A stretch of 60,296 nt of DNA, the filler included, from Squatina squatina (taxonomy: Eukaryota): the NCBI GenBank assembly GCA_031763465.1. It is 3 parts of 3 records of this genome, joined end to end, with 100 filler letters (N's around TTAATTAATTAA, not from the genome) between each part and the next. Parts side by side here need not be neighbours in the genome. Positions count along the whole stretch, not along the records: positions 1 to 28,511 come from JARFOE010000115.1; positions 28,612 to 44,619 come from JARFOE010000168.1; 1 more part is not named here. One strand, 5' to 3'. Position 1 is the stretch's first letter; each line of letters opens with the position of its first letter. The translations under genes and the position numbers were made by a program. Below the pieces are notes generated by a model that had not been told where the DNA came from, searched no databases, and saw nothing but the letters and a program-made list of their open reading frames with translations. Positions 25,291 to 38,985 of the stretch are shown piece after piece.

Positions 25291-28200
25291 TAGAAAGAAA
25301 GCTTTGTTCCAACTGCATCATGCTTTTACAGACAAGTTGATCTGGGGTCATCTCTGCATGCCAACAGATGGCATAAATCTATTCACCTAAAGCTACACAA
25401 AAGCGCACGGGGTCCAACCTTAATTGAATTTCTCTTATCACTCTGTCAACACATTTTTAACATTCTGTCACACACTTCTCTTCCCCCGCCCTTCCCCACC
25501 ACTCCAAAACAAAAAACAGTACAGAGCTGCTGAGCTCCATTGAATGCTGCGCGAGAAGATTTGTGCTGNNNNNNNNNNGATCCTTGTGAAAGATGTCGTT
25601 GCTTCATTTTATATGGTTTTTTTTAAAAAACATAGAGCTGCAGCTTCAGGACAAATGCAGTCCTGGTTACAGTACCACATTTGCATGAATAGGTCATAAC
25701 CGTGGCCCTCAAAAGTTCTACCACCACCATGTATTTTTACAGTAACCCTCAAGTAGAAGTACATCCCAGGAGATTACATGACAACTAGTGAGAGGGAACA
25801 CTGGGAGTCATAATGCTTTGTTGCATCATGACTGGGACAGACTTGATGGGCCAGGCAGTCTATTCTGGTCCATCTTTTTGTACGCTTATCTCTTAGTTTG
25901 CACTGTGAATGGGCAAGGAGAACTCGAAGAAGAAAATAGGAAATATCAAAGTGGGGGCAAACGTGAGCTCAAAGAGATAGGGTTGTCAGGTGAGTTTAAA
26001 GGAAAGAAACAATACAACAACTTGTATTTACATAGCGCCCTTAAGTTAGTGCCAGGACCNNNNNNNNNNNNNNNNNNNNNNNNNNNNNNNNNNNNNNNNN
26101 NNNNNNNNNNNNNNNNNNNNNNNNNNNNNNNNNNNNNNNNNNNNNNNNNNNNNNNNNNNTTATTTTTTTCACCCTTCCCTGATGGAAAAGCAGTCAGAAA
26201 TTGTCAGAGACAGAGATTTCTCACTCTCTAATCAGCCCGGGAGATTGTGGCACCATGTATGAATGTGCAGGTCGCGTAACAGAGGAAATCAGGTGTCAAT
26301 TAGCTTAGGGACAGGTAACGCCTTTAGCCTATAATAGCGCTCTAGTTGTGTATTTTGTTATTTTATGATATGAAGAGCAGTAGGGAAACTGAATGCCACG
26401 GTGAAAATTTGTATTTTGTCTATTCACATTTTTCATGTAAAATAAAGTTGGTTTACAATTGGTCTTGTGTCACTAGAGTGAAGACAGGAGAACTCACACG
26501 AGAGCCTGTGCATGATTATAGTATCCAATACTTGCAACAAGCGGTCTATGTTATAATCCCCCAGTTCATGCTATTGGCAAATCAGATATCGGGCAGTAAA
26601 AATGTACTGCTGATCTGAGTGACGTGCGACACTGAGCCTGAGAAAACATCCACTGTAACAAAATTTGTAACGCTACCAAAGATCCAAATATATTGCAACA
26701 ATTTTAAGTTCACATCCTGCCAAACCAGATTGCAAAATGCTGGAAAGTAATTGCTTTTAATGGTTAAGAGGGGAGACTGTTCATCTACTCTAAAGTAATG
26801 TTGGATTATCATCAAGAATTTTTAGCTCATTAAACACAAGTTCCTGCATGAAGATTCAGGTGTCTGCAACATATTGATGGGACAAAAAGCTTGGCTATAC
26901 TATGCAGTATAGCTCTCTACTTTAGAGTTTACAAGCCAAGAATTCCTGGTGATGNNNNNNNNNNNNNNNNNNNNNNNNNNNNNNNNNNNNNNNNNNNNNN
27001 NNNNNNNNNNNNNNNNNNNNNNNNNNNNNNNNNNNNNNNNNNNNNNNNNNNNNNTGAGGATTGCTGGTGCAAAAGCCATTAACATTCAACAGTTTCGTAG
27101 GAATCATCTATCAAGTTCAATTCTTGTAAGGAAATTTCTTTTTAAAAAAACAAGTCTGGAACAGGAGAGTCAGCTGCAGTCACATAATATTGAATATTAA
27201 AAAAAATTATCCTTTTGAGACAATACTGAAACTTTCAACGAGCATCGCCTATGAATATTTCAGATCCTCTTGTCCCCAAAGATTTTCACCGAAGCCAGTG
27301 CAGCAATGATGCTTTCTTCCCCCAGCAGCTGTTTTTCTTTAAAGTACTATGTTCTTGTAGTTAATTATGCAGGCGGAACTATAGGAAATGCAACATACAA
27401 GTACATTAAGTGGAGAGTACGAGGGGTTTCACCTGAGATGCTGTTATAAACCATGTGAGCAAAGTGGTTTACAGCCATCCTCTTGAATCCCCAAGATTAG
27501 ATTATCTGCTTCGCACTCGCTGCAGGAGATGTATTTTAACATTTTATGGAGTGGATTTGCTTAGCCTTGAGTCAGTTTCGATGTCGACAGCTGCTGCCAC
27601 AGCATATTGGCCTTCAGTGTCAGGACTATATCATTGATGTGCAATGGCATTCACACTGCAAGATTAACAATAGTGATACGACAGATTTATTAAGACAGAA
27701 TTTAGAGTTGACTGTGGAAAATGTCATGTAAACTATAGTATAAATTAATAATCTAAATAATGTAATTTACATTCCTTTCCCCCCATGTCCCCCTAGAATG
27801 AGGTGCAGTGTAAGTCCTGGTATTCTGAAGGAGGAGATTTTTCCTTCAAGTTGTGAAGAATGGAGAAAGTGGCTTTGGTTTAGACTTATGNNNNNNNNNN
27901 NNNNNNNNNNNNNNNNNNNNNNNNNNNNNNNNNNNNNNNNNNNNNNNNNNNNNNNNNNNNNNNNNNNNNNNNNNNNNNNNNNNNNNNNNNGGCATTTCTT
28001 TGTGTACTCTGCACCTTTACTAACAAAAATAGGACAGAGGAGTAGTGCATTCACTATTAATAACTCACTGCATAATTTCAACCCCACAATGTGTTAACTC
28101 TCCTTGTAAAAAGCTCAGGAATTGATATCTTGGTTTCTTTTTTTCCCTTTCTGCTCCATGTAGAAATGTACCAGACTGGAAAAGACCATTGGGTCTCATG

Positions 28201-28511
28201 CAGCTCGTTACTCCTGAATTGATCACTTTCCTTGGCTATTGCTTCAGTACAAGTACAGTTTTAATTGCCTTTTAAAAAGCCTAAGGATGCATAATTGGTG
28301 TGCAGCAAAATGGGCTGCAGCATTGAGCTCTCTTTGCCCCGAATACGCCCTACTAGTAGCGGGGCACTGCGGCGTGACCTTGGCCTCTTTGAGGCTGTCA
28401 CGGGCGTGCATTGCCTGGCAATGCAAAATCCGTGTTGCCACGACGCTGACCCAGCCAATGTCATGTCACTTCCAGGTTGCGCCTGGCGCAACCGCACATG
28501 TGCAAGCCCCA

Positions 28512-28611
28512 NNNNNNNNNNNNNNNNNNNNNNNNNNNNNNNNNNNNNNNNNNNNTTAATTAATTAANNNNNNNNNNNNNNNNNNNNNNNNNNNNNNNNN
28601 NNNNNNNNNNN
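28512..28611. other. Artificial scaffold-joining spacer N44-TTAATTAATTAA-N44
   Basis: 12-mer giving stops in all six frames, flanked by exactly 44 N on each side; identical spacer at 44620-44719. Confidence 0.95.
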
Positions 28612-30454
28612 CATCAGGGCAGGTACAAAGCAGACCCATGATGCTGCACTAGACAGAGAGCAAATCAGCCTGAAAGTCACCTTTGGCTGGTCAAACCCTT
28701 CTATTTGAGGCCAGTTACACAACAGTGTAGGACCTGTTGTCTTCACCAAGGAGCAGGGCATAGCTGGGAGGAAAAACAAAGAATGTGAGGGAATTAAAAA
28801 GGTAAACATTTGAAACAAAGCAAAGAGTGAAGATTAACTTCTCTTTAAAATACTACTTTATAAGTTGGAGAACAGCAATAATCATCATATCACAGTCATA
28901 GTAATGATTCTGTTAACGTTCATGGAACTGGTTACTGAGGTAACATGTACTTTTTTCACTAATCAGACAATAGCTAAAGGGCTCCATTGAAGTTGCATCA
29001 ATGAGGATGTGCATAGGAAACTGCAGTTGTAAGGAATGAGAGAGAGAAACAGACACATACAGATTGAACATGAATGACAGACACACAAGTGTAAAGAATG
29101 GAATTCCCGGAGACTGGCTTCATTATAGAGTTTCACCAGACCAGCTTGTTCAGTGTTCTTAAGCATGGAAACCAGACCAAGATGAACAAATTGGCATCTC
29201 AGGGAATAGTTACCAAAATTCCATTGAAGCAAAGAGCTGTGAAATAGACAGATCATGTATTACAGTAGCACCTTTAGTGCTAGTTTTACAGTGTTATACA
29301 TGGGCACATTGCATTTAGATTGTCATCTCAGTTTAATCTTCAGCAAAACATATGCCATAATCAAAAAAGCAGCTGTTGTCAACTGTAGCACCTTTAATTT
29401 AAAAAAAACTATCCTAAAAGTTAATGTTTGACAGTTGCTACCCATTTCCATTGATTTGGTTTGTTATTTTCATTTCAATAGTGATTAGTGAATGTTCCAT
29501 GACATCATCTGGGAAAGTGTCTAGGAGGAGTTTCCATGCCCGGCAGTGTGTGGGAACTGAACTAAAATCAGCAGAATTTGCATAATTTGCTCTGGGTTTT
29601 TCAGTCCTCTTGTCATTATAACTGTGTATTTTCATTTATCTCCTTCATACCAGCAAGCTCTGGAACTCTTCTCAGCCATGACCACCAGTGATAATCAATG
29701 GGAATTGAAAACAGAGGAGGTCTGAAGACAAGATTCTTTCTTTAAAAGTGTAAAGGCAAATAACCAAAAGAATAATAACTAGATGTGTGATTTTTTTTCC
29801 CCTCCTTTTTCAAGTAACCAAATGCTGTGTGTCAAAACACAATAAAACTCATTCCTGGGATAACTTCACCTGAAAATATCATCTTAATTAAAAGCCAACT
29901 GAAAAANNNNNNNNNNNNNNNNNNNNNNNNNNNNNNNNNNNNNNNNNNNNNNNNNNNNNNNNNNNNNNNNNNNNNNNNNNNNNNNNNNNNNNNNNNNNNN
30001 NNNNNNTTTTCTTGTTTCATGCAATTTCCCTCAAATCGAAGAAGATACCAAACATAAAAAAGGCTTTGATATGTACTAATAGGAACATATCTTGTCTTCT
30101 TTCAATTACCTTCGCTTTTCTCCTGGGGTACAATTCCACAAGTGTGAGATGCCCTTGGTTAGTTCACTCAAGTGTCCATTATTCACTTGTGTGTCCAGAC
30201 AGTGAGTTTCGGCAGGCTATTAAACCATGGACGTATCACAGCCAAGCCCGTCTTCTCACTCAACATGCCAAGGTATGTGAGCTGCCTCCTTGAACAAAGA
30301 AGGTAACTCTTCAGCCTAAAGTGACCTGTCGCTCAGTACCCTGAAGAAGGAGTCAGCCTCATATGGCATCTCTTTGGCAAACCCGATTTTATGAGTCCTG
30401 GGTTAAGCAGCTGGTGATGAGTAAATTTGGTATAAAGCTCTGGACTTTTTAACA

Positions 30455-30760
30455 CAGGGACAGGAGTAGGCCATCCAACCCCTCAAGCCTGCTCCGTCAT
30501 TCAATTATATCATGTCTGAGCTTTTTGTGCAGAAGTTCTTCGAGATTTCACTCCAAAATAGTCGACTCTAATTTTAACCTTATGCCCCCTTGTTCTGGGT
30601 TCCCCCACCAGAGAAAATAGTTTCTCTGTCTATCTAACATCTTTATTAGATCACCCCTCAATCTTCTATACTCAATACAAGCCAAGTTTATATAATCTGT
30701 CACCATATTTTAGTCTTTTGAGCCCTGATATTATGTTGGTGAATTTGCATTCTACCCTCT
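30455..30760 (-). mobile_element. Degraded CR1-like LINE 3' end
   Basis: caggagtaggccatccaacccctcaagcctgctccgtcattcaat tail and tatgcccccttgttctgg (TRGH on minus). Confidence 0.75.
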
Positions 30761-31049
30761 CTGTTATGTATCAGGATTGATGTTTTGAGTTTGCCTTGTA
30801 CCAACTACGGTAGCTCAATTGTATGGGTATATAATGATGTGATCTTTGTAAGCCCGCCCATTTTCTCTCTTTCTTCTCTTCTCACCTGTGTTCAGTTGAA
30901 CTTGGAGTTCCATCTTGGAGCTCTTAGTGCTGGAGAAGCCTGCAACTTTGTGAATACAAAGTTTGTTTCAAGTTGCTGAGTCGACTCAATCATTTCCAAC
31001 TCCAACACAAGTAACTCACACAGCAAAAGAGAACAACAAGACATAAAAG

Positions 31050-31632
31050 GCGCAAAGGCCTTTGTGCCTGCCCAGCCGAATTTCGCGGCGGGTTGGCATG
31101 TGGCGTCATAAAGACGCGCGCCGACCCGCACTGCGCAGCTGCAATGCCTTCGTCGCTCTGTTTGCGACCCACGGGAAAATTTGCCCGCGGGAGGCGGCCG
31201 CTGCGAGGGGCGATTGCAGCGACAGGAAAACCTGTCACTGCAACAGGCCCCTTAAAGGCAAGGGCGTCTGCGCCTCCGGCCACCATTTATTTTTATCGGC
31301 CGATAAATGGTGGCCCCTCGGCCGGATCGGGCCACCATCGCCTTGCCTGGCACACCGACTGGCATGCTGGGCTGGTGGCCCGGTCGCCGGCCGTCGTGGT
31401 TGCCCAGGATAGTGCCCTTCAGGATGGCCAATGGCCTTCCCCTTTAAGGGAGGCCCGGCTCTCCTGCTGACATCAGCGTGCTGTGCTGTGATGCGGCGTT
31501 TTGGAGGCTGGTGGCGTGGCGCTGAAGCCCGGAGCAGCGAATTCCGGTAGGGGCGGGGCGGGCGCCAGCGAGCGAAATGCCAGCTCCCGCCCCGTATGTA
31601 TTTTAAACGTGGCACCAGGGAATTTTGGCCCC
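31050..31632. mobile_element. GC/CpG-rich non-autonomous DNA transposon (MITE-like)
   Basis: Abrupt GC-rich island with internal inverted motifs (ccccttaaagg / ccctttaaggg) and terminus gaattttggcccc; no credible coding frame; similar termini at 16820 and 51800. Confidence 0.6.
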
Positions 31633-32404
31633 CATAACTTTCATTTCAACTTGTCCTCCATGATATGCATCATTGTACTACCTTAAGAAAATAACAATCA
31701 CTATCACACATAATTTACCAACTGATATATTGTGTTCCTCCTTCACGTTCTTGCTTCAGTTGCACATATCTCTGAATGGCTTTCTTCAGATCCAGGACAG
31801 TGTCATTTTGAATCACAACTACAGCTGAATAGAGAGAGCATGAATTATAAAGCTGCATAAAAGGTAGACTTTTACAGCAGAGCTTACTGCTACAAAACTC
31901 AATGGGCTACATTCTCCCTTTGAATGTACCTAGGAGGGGTGCTGCAATGACAACTAGGTGGTAGTTTTAAAAAGCTGAAAGGCTCCAATATATGTCCTCT
32001 CTTTTTGTACTGGTGCTAGGTGGATACTGATGAGGCTTCAGTATGATAGACTTCACAGCAGGCGATTCCTTCCATATCTCTCTCCTCTTTGTGCAGAGGT
32101 GCTATTGGAGTTAAGGATGAATCGGCAAACAGAAACTAGCCTAAGCTCCTTTCCAATAGTCTTATTGAGCTCCTTGGGCTCCACTTATGACTAGAAACGT
32201 ATCCTCAACTTACCAGAGCAGAGAAGATTTAATGATTATANNNNNNNNNNNNNNNNNNNNNNNNNNNNNNNNNNNNNNNNNNNNNNNNNNNNNNNNNNNN
32301 NNNNNNNNNNNNNNNNNNNNNNNNNNNNNNNNNNNNNNNNCCATGTCACTGATGAAACATTATTCTGGAAAATTTTCTAACATTAAAATAAATTAGATAG
32401 TTGA

Positions 32405-32600
32405 GCTCTTTGGCAGTCTAGTGGGTAAATGCACCAAACAGTAAGTGCAGCAGTAATGCATACAGATCAGTAGGCCCGAGATTCGATCCTCCGTCAGTGC
32501 TGTTAGGTGTTCTTAGTCAGGACAGTTGCAGGGTTGGTGAAATGGCTTCAGTACTCTGGGCCCAGGAAATCTATCTGGGTTCCTGATTGGAAAGTTCACA
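32405..32600 (+). mobile_element. tRNA-derived SINE head (second family)
   Basis: A-box-like tggcagtctagtgg and B-box-like gattcgatcc; body similar to 8280-8640. Confidence 0.6.
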
Positions 32601-33834
32601 TTAAAGTGCAGCATTTTAATGTGCATTTAGTCAAACTAAAATTCCCAACAGATTCATGAAACATTTGACATACCTCAAGCGGTAGTACATTTACATTATT
32701 TTCTATATTACAAATGTATTGGTTTGAATTATAAAATTGAAGCTGCCACTTGCAGCCCATTCTCCTACCCAGATAATAACTTGCATTTCTGTTTTATATT
32801 GTTATTAATATTAAAATTCTACCTGGATTATAACTAAGTATATGTTTTAAAGACAAAACCCTTTGCATTCATTACATTCAGCATCAAAAGTATGGGAGCT
32901 ATTGTGTGAACTATTTCATTAAAGATAGACAACTCTGTGTTTTGTTGAGAAGTGAGGAGAAGAAGATTGGTCTGAAAGATGATCTTAATTGCCCCATAAA
33001 GTAGTGGGCATATATTGGTATTCAATTATCATTTTTATTTCTAATTGAGAAATTTTCCCGGTTCTTAATAGCTTTTAAAACTTGTCCAAATTCAAACATT
33101 AGAGGATATTGACACATTGTTGCTAATTCATCAGAAGATGCGATTGCACAGATGTTCTGTCACCCCTTCGATCATGTGTTGGGAGCATGTCATGAGGACG
33201 TCATTAACTACGTCTGGCTATCCTTCATCAAATCTGATGCAGTATCTTCAAGTTGCTGGTCTGAATTTATTAATAAAGCTCTCTTCCACCCATGTAGTCT
33301 CCAGCACAGTAGGCCAGATCTAGTCAGGTTTTTGACTGCATCCGTCAGGTTGATTAAGCTGCAATTTTGGGTAAATAAACACGATTTATTTTTCCTATTA
33401 TTTAAATGACCAATAGCTTTCACAGGTGCTCTCAATCTGAGGACACCCACTTAGAATTGGCCTTTTAAAAATAAAATGCCATTAGTTTCATCAGTCTTTC
33501 CAAGTGCAAGTCTCCATTTTACAACAAGATACATTTTGCAAGTGCCATATACTGTGGACAATTAAAAGAATCATAAAATGTATTCCGTGTGCGCAAATGA
33601 CTTGCATGGCATCCTTCCACAATGATTTACTTCAATTAACAAAACTATAAGTAGAGAACATTATCTGTAAAAGGAAAATATCCAAAATAATGTGTTTTGC
33701 TAACCATCAACAACTGCCACATCTAATTAACACCAGTTACTTTCAATACAAAATTGGTGGACACATTAAAATAAAGCATACTGGATAGAAAGAGGTTGGG
33801 CACATGCATAGGTCTTACTATTCCCCTTAAAAAA

Positions 33835-35095
33835 AAACACATTTTTCATTAAATTTATTGTGTTGCATTCACTTATTTTCAAAGCAGACTAAATTTTGTA
33901 ACAATTCTTTGCAATGTCATAATACAAGTTGTACAGTACGAGAAACTAGAGCAAAGTGGAAGTTCACATATGCTGCATAAATTCTTAGCAAAGGCAATAC
34001 TTGCAAGCTGCCAAAAATTGCACGAGCATCAGAGGCATTTTATTACATTTACATTCTGAATATATATCCAAGATTTCTGCACTGTACAATATTTCAAAAC
34101 ACTACTATAAAGAACAAGGAGATCCTGGTACAGTTACCCTGTTGTAACAGACAATTCCCTTTTAATTGGNNNNNNNNNNNNNNNNNNNNNNNNNNNNNNN
34201 NNNNNNNNNNNNNNNNNNNNNNNNNNNNNNNNNNNNNNNNNNNNNNNNNNNNNNNNNNNNNNNNNNNNNTCCTGGTTGTGCATAGGACGAACTTGCCTGA
34301 GGTAAGCGGAAGCACATTGGAACAGAACCCCAACCAATAGTCAGCACCTTCGGGAGAGGAGAGGCAAAGACAGGAAGAGAAAATGTGTCCACACTTGACA
34401 TACAAAAGAAAGCAGAAAAATCATAACATAAAACAGGTTCTGCCCTGGAAACAGGGTGCGTCCTAAACCAAGTCATCATACTCTGCAATCACAATGAGAG
34501 AGTTGCCCCGATCTCTATCTTTGATGCAGCACAAAGATTTTTTTTAAGAGTTCTTTTTACTAAAAATAATCAGCAATGTAAAGGTATCACATCCATAACA
34601 TCGCATCCTCCTCTGTGCACAATCACAATAACATATCTTGCAATACACTTTACTACATTAGGTCCATTAATAGTAAATTCATAAACACACTTTCTCTCAT
34701 GAAACTACCCTTCCGGCCATGTACTTTCATGGGAAGCTCTTTGTGCCAAAACAAACGAAAAACATTTCACAATTCCAGAAGAAATTTGTTTGAAATCCGT
34801 AATGCGGTCCCTGCCTCGATTATCCCCACACCTTCTGGCGTGTGTGTACCTGAGGAAGATCGGTGCTTACACAGACAGGGAGTTCATTTTCCATAATGGA
34901 TTTTTAGAGTCAAAATATTTGCCCAAGAGTGCAAAAACATGGTCATGTGTCATGGCTGTCAGGTTGTTGAGGTGCAGAAAAATGAGATTGTTGACAATGT
35001 TCTCAGATTGTTTGACACTAATCTTTTCTGTGTGGTTAAGAAGGCTTCGTGCTAGACTGACCTGGGCAGACTAACTGTGAGCTAGAGTTTGAGTC
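33835..35095 (-). other. Terminal exon (short coding end plus long 3' UTR) of an unidentified gene
   Basis: Strong acceptor tttcttgtacctccccttcccccAG at 35096; all three frames stop within 60 nt; repeat-free AU-rich UTR-like sequence (spans a gap); AATAAA at 33859-33854 followed by a GU/U-rich element. Confidence 0.55.
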
Positions 35096-35476
35096 CTGGG
35101 GAAGGGGAGGTACAAGAAACCTGGGCAATGTAACAATTGATTTCAGCGCAGAGTGTGTACAACGAATAACCACTTGCATTTATAACAGCAGCTCAAATGT
35201 AGAAAAATATCCTGAGGTACTTCTCGGAGGGAGAACTAAAAGGAAACATGTTCGGAGAGATGTTCAGAGCTTGGTTGAAAAGATGGATTTTGAGACAGCT
35301 TTTAAGGAGNNNNNNNNNNNNNNNNNNNNNNNNNNNNNNNNNNNNNNNNNNNNNNNNNNNNNNNNNNNNNNNNNNNNNNNNNNNNNNNNNNNNNNNNNNN
35401 NNNNNNNNNGCGATTCCCGCATTTTCTGTTTTTATTTCAAAAAGGCCTGTGCCAGTCTCCTGGAGTTAAAACAATG

Positions 35477-35596
35477 GATTAACTTTGACTTTGTGCGCTA
35501 GTTTAAAACGGGCGAATGGCAATAAAAATGGGGAGAGATGGAAAATGGGCTGCCGTCACCCATTTAAGTCTATTGCACAAAGCCAAGATCTATCCC
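35477..35596. mobile_element. Short hairpin MITE
   Basis: Imperfect terminal inverted repeats ggattaactttgactttgtgcgctag / ctattgcacaaagccaagatctatcc. Confidence 0.6.
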
Positions 35597-36320
35597 ACTC
35601 GGTTTAAAAGCCACGTGTAAAATAGCAGCTGTGTTCCTTAGTGCTGCTGATTATTTTACACAGATTTTATTCGTGGCATACTCTCTTATTATAAAATGAA
35701 TGTGCTACATCATTTAACTGAAATCTTAGGTAGTTATAAAGCCTTAACTGTTGATTAAAAACCAGGATTTACCCTTTATTTTCCCTGTGAGGCTTATAAC
35801 GAACATTGGTGATTACAGCACATCCCTGTTTAGAAATCAGCATCGCACTCATTTAGATTCATGTCAAGCATTGCGCTTTATAAGAGTAATGCAATGTGCG
35901 GAAGGAACACACTGAAGCAAGCAGCTACAGTTCAGTTAGATTGAGCTAACTTCTACCACATAAAGGCCATTTTGTTTCCTCAGAAAGGATGTGGCAGTAT
36001 GACCGGGATGTTTTGAATAACTGGCATTCAATAGTTGCCAAACCCCATCACAGAACTGATGTAATGAATGAAAGCAAGCTCAGCTCTCAATGACGTCAGC
36101 TTCCTGATAATGTGAGCCAGCTAGTGGGGCTGTTTTACTGTGAAAACCAGTAACTGCTTGGGTGTACAGTCCCGTGATAACTGGATGGAAATAACAGATT
36201 GGTGCCATCTCGCCCAAGAATGCTACAGACATCTTGGCACCGCCTTTATTAAGACCAGCTTTGATGACTTTGACCTGTGAAAGTAGCAACACAATTGGCC
36301 TACTGTGTTTACACTGTGTG

Positions 36321-36555
36321 ATCACCAACTGATAAAATTGTCTCTCTTTTTGATTTTATCATGAGGCAATTCTCTGCATACATTACATGTTACTGAAGAG
36401 GAAGAGATTGAATTATAACTTGGTTTTTGTCTTTCAGAGACTGGGGAGGAATTGAGAAATATTATCAAGGATTTCATAATTAACTGGTAGCAATCACCAA
36501 CTGATAAAATTGTCTCTCTTCTTGATTGTATCATGAGGCAATTCTCTGCATACAT
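36321..36555. repeat. 63-bp direct duplication with 172-bp period
   Basis: 36321-36383 matches 36493-36555 with 2 mismatches; the second copy ends at a gap. Confidence 0.9.
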
Positions 36556-38985
36556 NNNNNNNNNNNNNNNNNNNNNNNNNNNNNNNNNNNNNNNNNNNNN
36601 NNNNNNNNNNNNNNNNNNNNNNNNNNNNNNNNNNNNNNNNNNNNNNNNNNNNNNNTAAATACTACTGTGAATAGTGTTTCAGAAAACCTATTGCTTGCAT
36701 TCTCTGATGCATTAAGCTTAGAATAACACATTTAATTGGGTGAATAATTTATGTAGTGAGTGGCTGGTAAATCGACCCACCAGCTAAAGATCCTTCTATC
36801 AGTTACAAAGCAACATTAATGTGGCTTCCTCTTCCTGAAACAGTAGATGCACTGCATCAGGCTATAAAAAGAAAATTCCATTTCTCATGGAAAACCTCTT
36901 GTTTATAGTGAGGGAGGAAGTATTATGTTTTTTGGCACAAGTAGGATAATGTGGGTGTTTGGTCATTTTTCTTTCCTGTACTTATGCAGAGGTGGGTAGA
37001 GATATGAGGCCAGAAAACATGATTTTGAATTTTTTAAAGGGTAATGAGGGCTTATTTAAAATGTCAGGAAGCATAATTTGTTTTTCTGAAGTTTGTTTTG
37101 CTTAATTTATGCTTTTGTCTGATTTTCTCCACTCAACCGATCTCTCTGGGAAGCCACTCATGATTCCACTTATCAGCGGCTCTCGGCTACCATTGCCCTC
37201 AGGAGGTCAGGATTCCCACACTTAATCACTTTCCAGTGATCCCTGCTGGAATATATAAACATTGGATTTGGACAGAATCAGGTGTGGTCCTGTCCACAAT
37301 CAAATAAGCTCGCATACACTCACTGTCAAAGCGCACACATGAAGACTTGCCACTCAAACGAGAGATTAACTTGGCACTGAATTGTCAATTTGGAATTTGT
37401 TTTAAAGTTTTGCTCCTCAAATATTTTTCACCTCTAAACATATCAGTGAGATTGCATGTGAATATAGCAGCGAGCTTGGCACATTAATTACAAGTAATTA
37501 TCTGGTACAAGCTTTGCCAATTTCTACCTAGTATTAACTCAGAAAAATAATTTTGAAGAAAGACAGAGGGCAATATAAAAGCAGCATGGATGAGGGATTT
37601 GTTGTGACACATGTGGAAGTAGACAGAAGACCCAGGAGTAGAAGACTNNNNNNNNNNNNNNNNNNNNNNNNNNNNNNNNNNNNNNNNNNNNNNNNNNNNN
37701 NNNNNNNNNNNNNNNNNNNNNNNNNNNNNNNNNNNNNNNNNNNNNNNGGGTTTATTTCCACAGTAACTCCCCCCTAACAGAAATTGGCAGTAATTTTCAA
37801 ACATCAGAATCAGCTCATAGCTCACATTTCATTTCAAGTTTGAAGTCACACCAGGCCTATCAGTATTTCATTAATACTTATTAATTGATTGATGCAACAC
37901 CATTTTCACAATTTGGCAAACATTTCTTACATTTGGGAACAAGAGACATGCATCATTTTCATCACAAATCATCACGCACAAGAGATTAGATGATATACTT
38001 CAACACAATTGCATCATGTAAACAAATGTAAAACAGTTGCCAAGCCTGTTTTTTTCTACAAAGTCAGTGCTGTTTTAATAAATCACAGCTGTGCCAATAT
38101 CTGATAACTACTTCTGTTAAATGAGGAAAGAAGTATTGCGAACCTTCTATTTACTGTCAGTAACTGCAGCCTTTCTTTGTCGTGGCATGCTCTTGCCCAG
38201 ATTACACAATGATTACAGACTGCAGTCTGTTTGCAGCCTAAATTCTGCATCATTGTTGCTGTGGTATTTCTAACTTTCCATAAACACACGGTTTATGTAA
38301 ACTGGAGTGATAACAGAAAATAACTCACATTTTACAGACTGTTTCTCACAGTTAATAGCAGTCCAGTTACTGTAGACTGCTTTAACCCATTGCTATGCTA
38401 TTTTTGTACCAAAGTAAGCTTTTCATAAGGTGGTCTTAACAGAGCTGTAAAGTACAAATGAAACGAGGTTGCAGTGCTGCTGTGTAATGCACTGGCCAGA
38501 ACCCATCTGGAATACTGTGTGTAGTCTGGTCGTCTTGTCATAGAAAAAAATGTTATTACCCTTGAGAACACACAGGGCTAGGCAACCAAAATGAGTTATG
38601 AGAAAAAGTTTTTTTTTAAAGTTGGACTTGTTTTTCTTTGGTTCAGAGGAGACTCTAGTTTAGTACCTAGGATTTAGTACCTGTGTCTGGACAAAGGGCT
38701 TAATTGAAATTTCAAGATGAAAGAACTACTTTTAACCCCGGGGCGGGAAGCGGGGGTGCAGGGGCTGAAGGGGATCATGAATTGTCCTGCCCCCACTGCC
38801 AACTCCCTCCCCCAAGAGCGTGAGGCTCGNNNNNNNNNNNNNNNNNNNNNNNNNNNNNNNNNNNNNNNNNNNNNNNNNNNNNNNNNNNNNNNNNNNNNNN
38901 NNNNNNNNNNNNNNNNNNNNNNNNNNNNNAAAAAGCCAATAAAATTCTTGTTCACAAAAACAAAGGGCGTAATCTAAAGACTTAC

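Noticed and set aside
28556-28567. TTAATTAATTAA as a homeodomain site or piggyBac TTAA footprint
   Set aside because: Isolated between exact 44-N runs and repeated identically; a synthetic linker.
30198-30272. Apparent plus-strand exon (cAG...AAG|GTATGT)
   Set aside because: Its reverse complement matches the second SINE family (ggcttggctgtgat...aatagcctgccgaaactcactgtc).
30990-31686. Overlapping 98-126 aa ORFs on both strands, or a CpG-island promoter
   Set aside because: GC-rich transposon-like element with few stops; no protein motif, and its terminus resembles other repeats in the window.
33117-33450. Three overlapping 68-85 aa ORFs and a possible minus-strand acceptor near 33360
   Set aside because: No recognisable product in any frame and only weak splice signals; cannot be supported.
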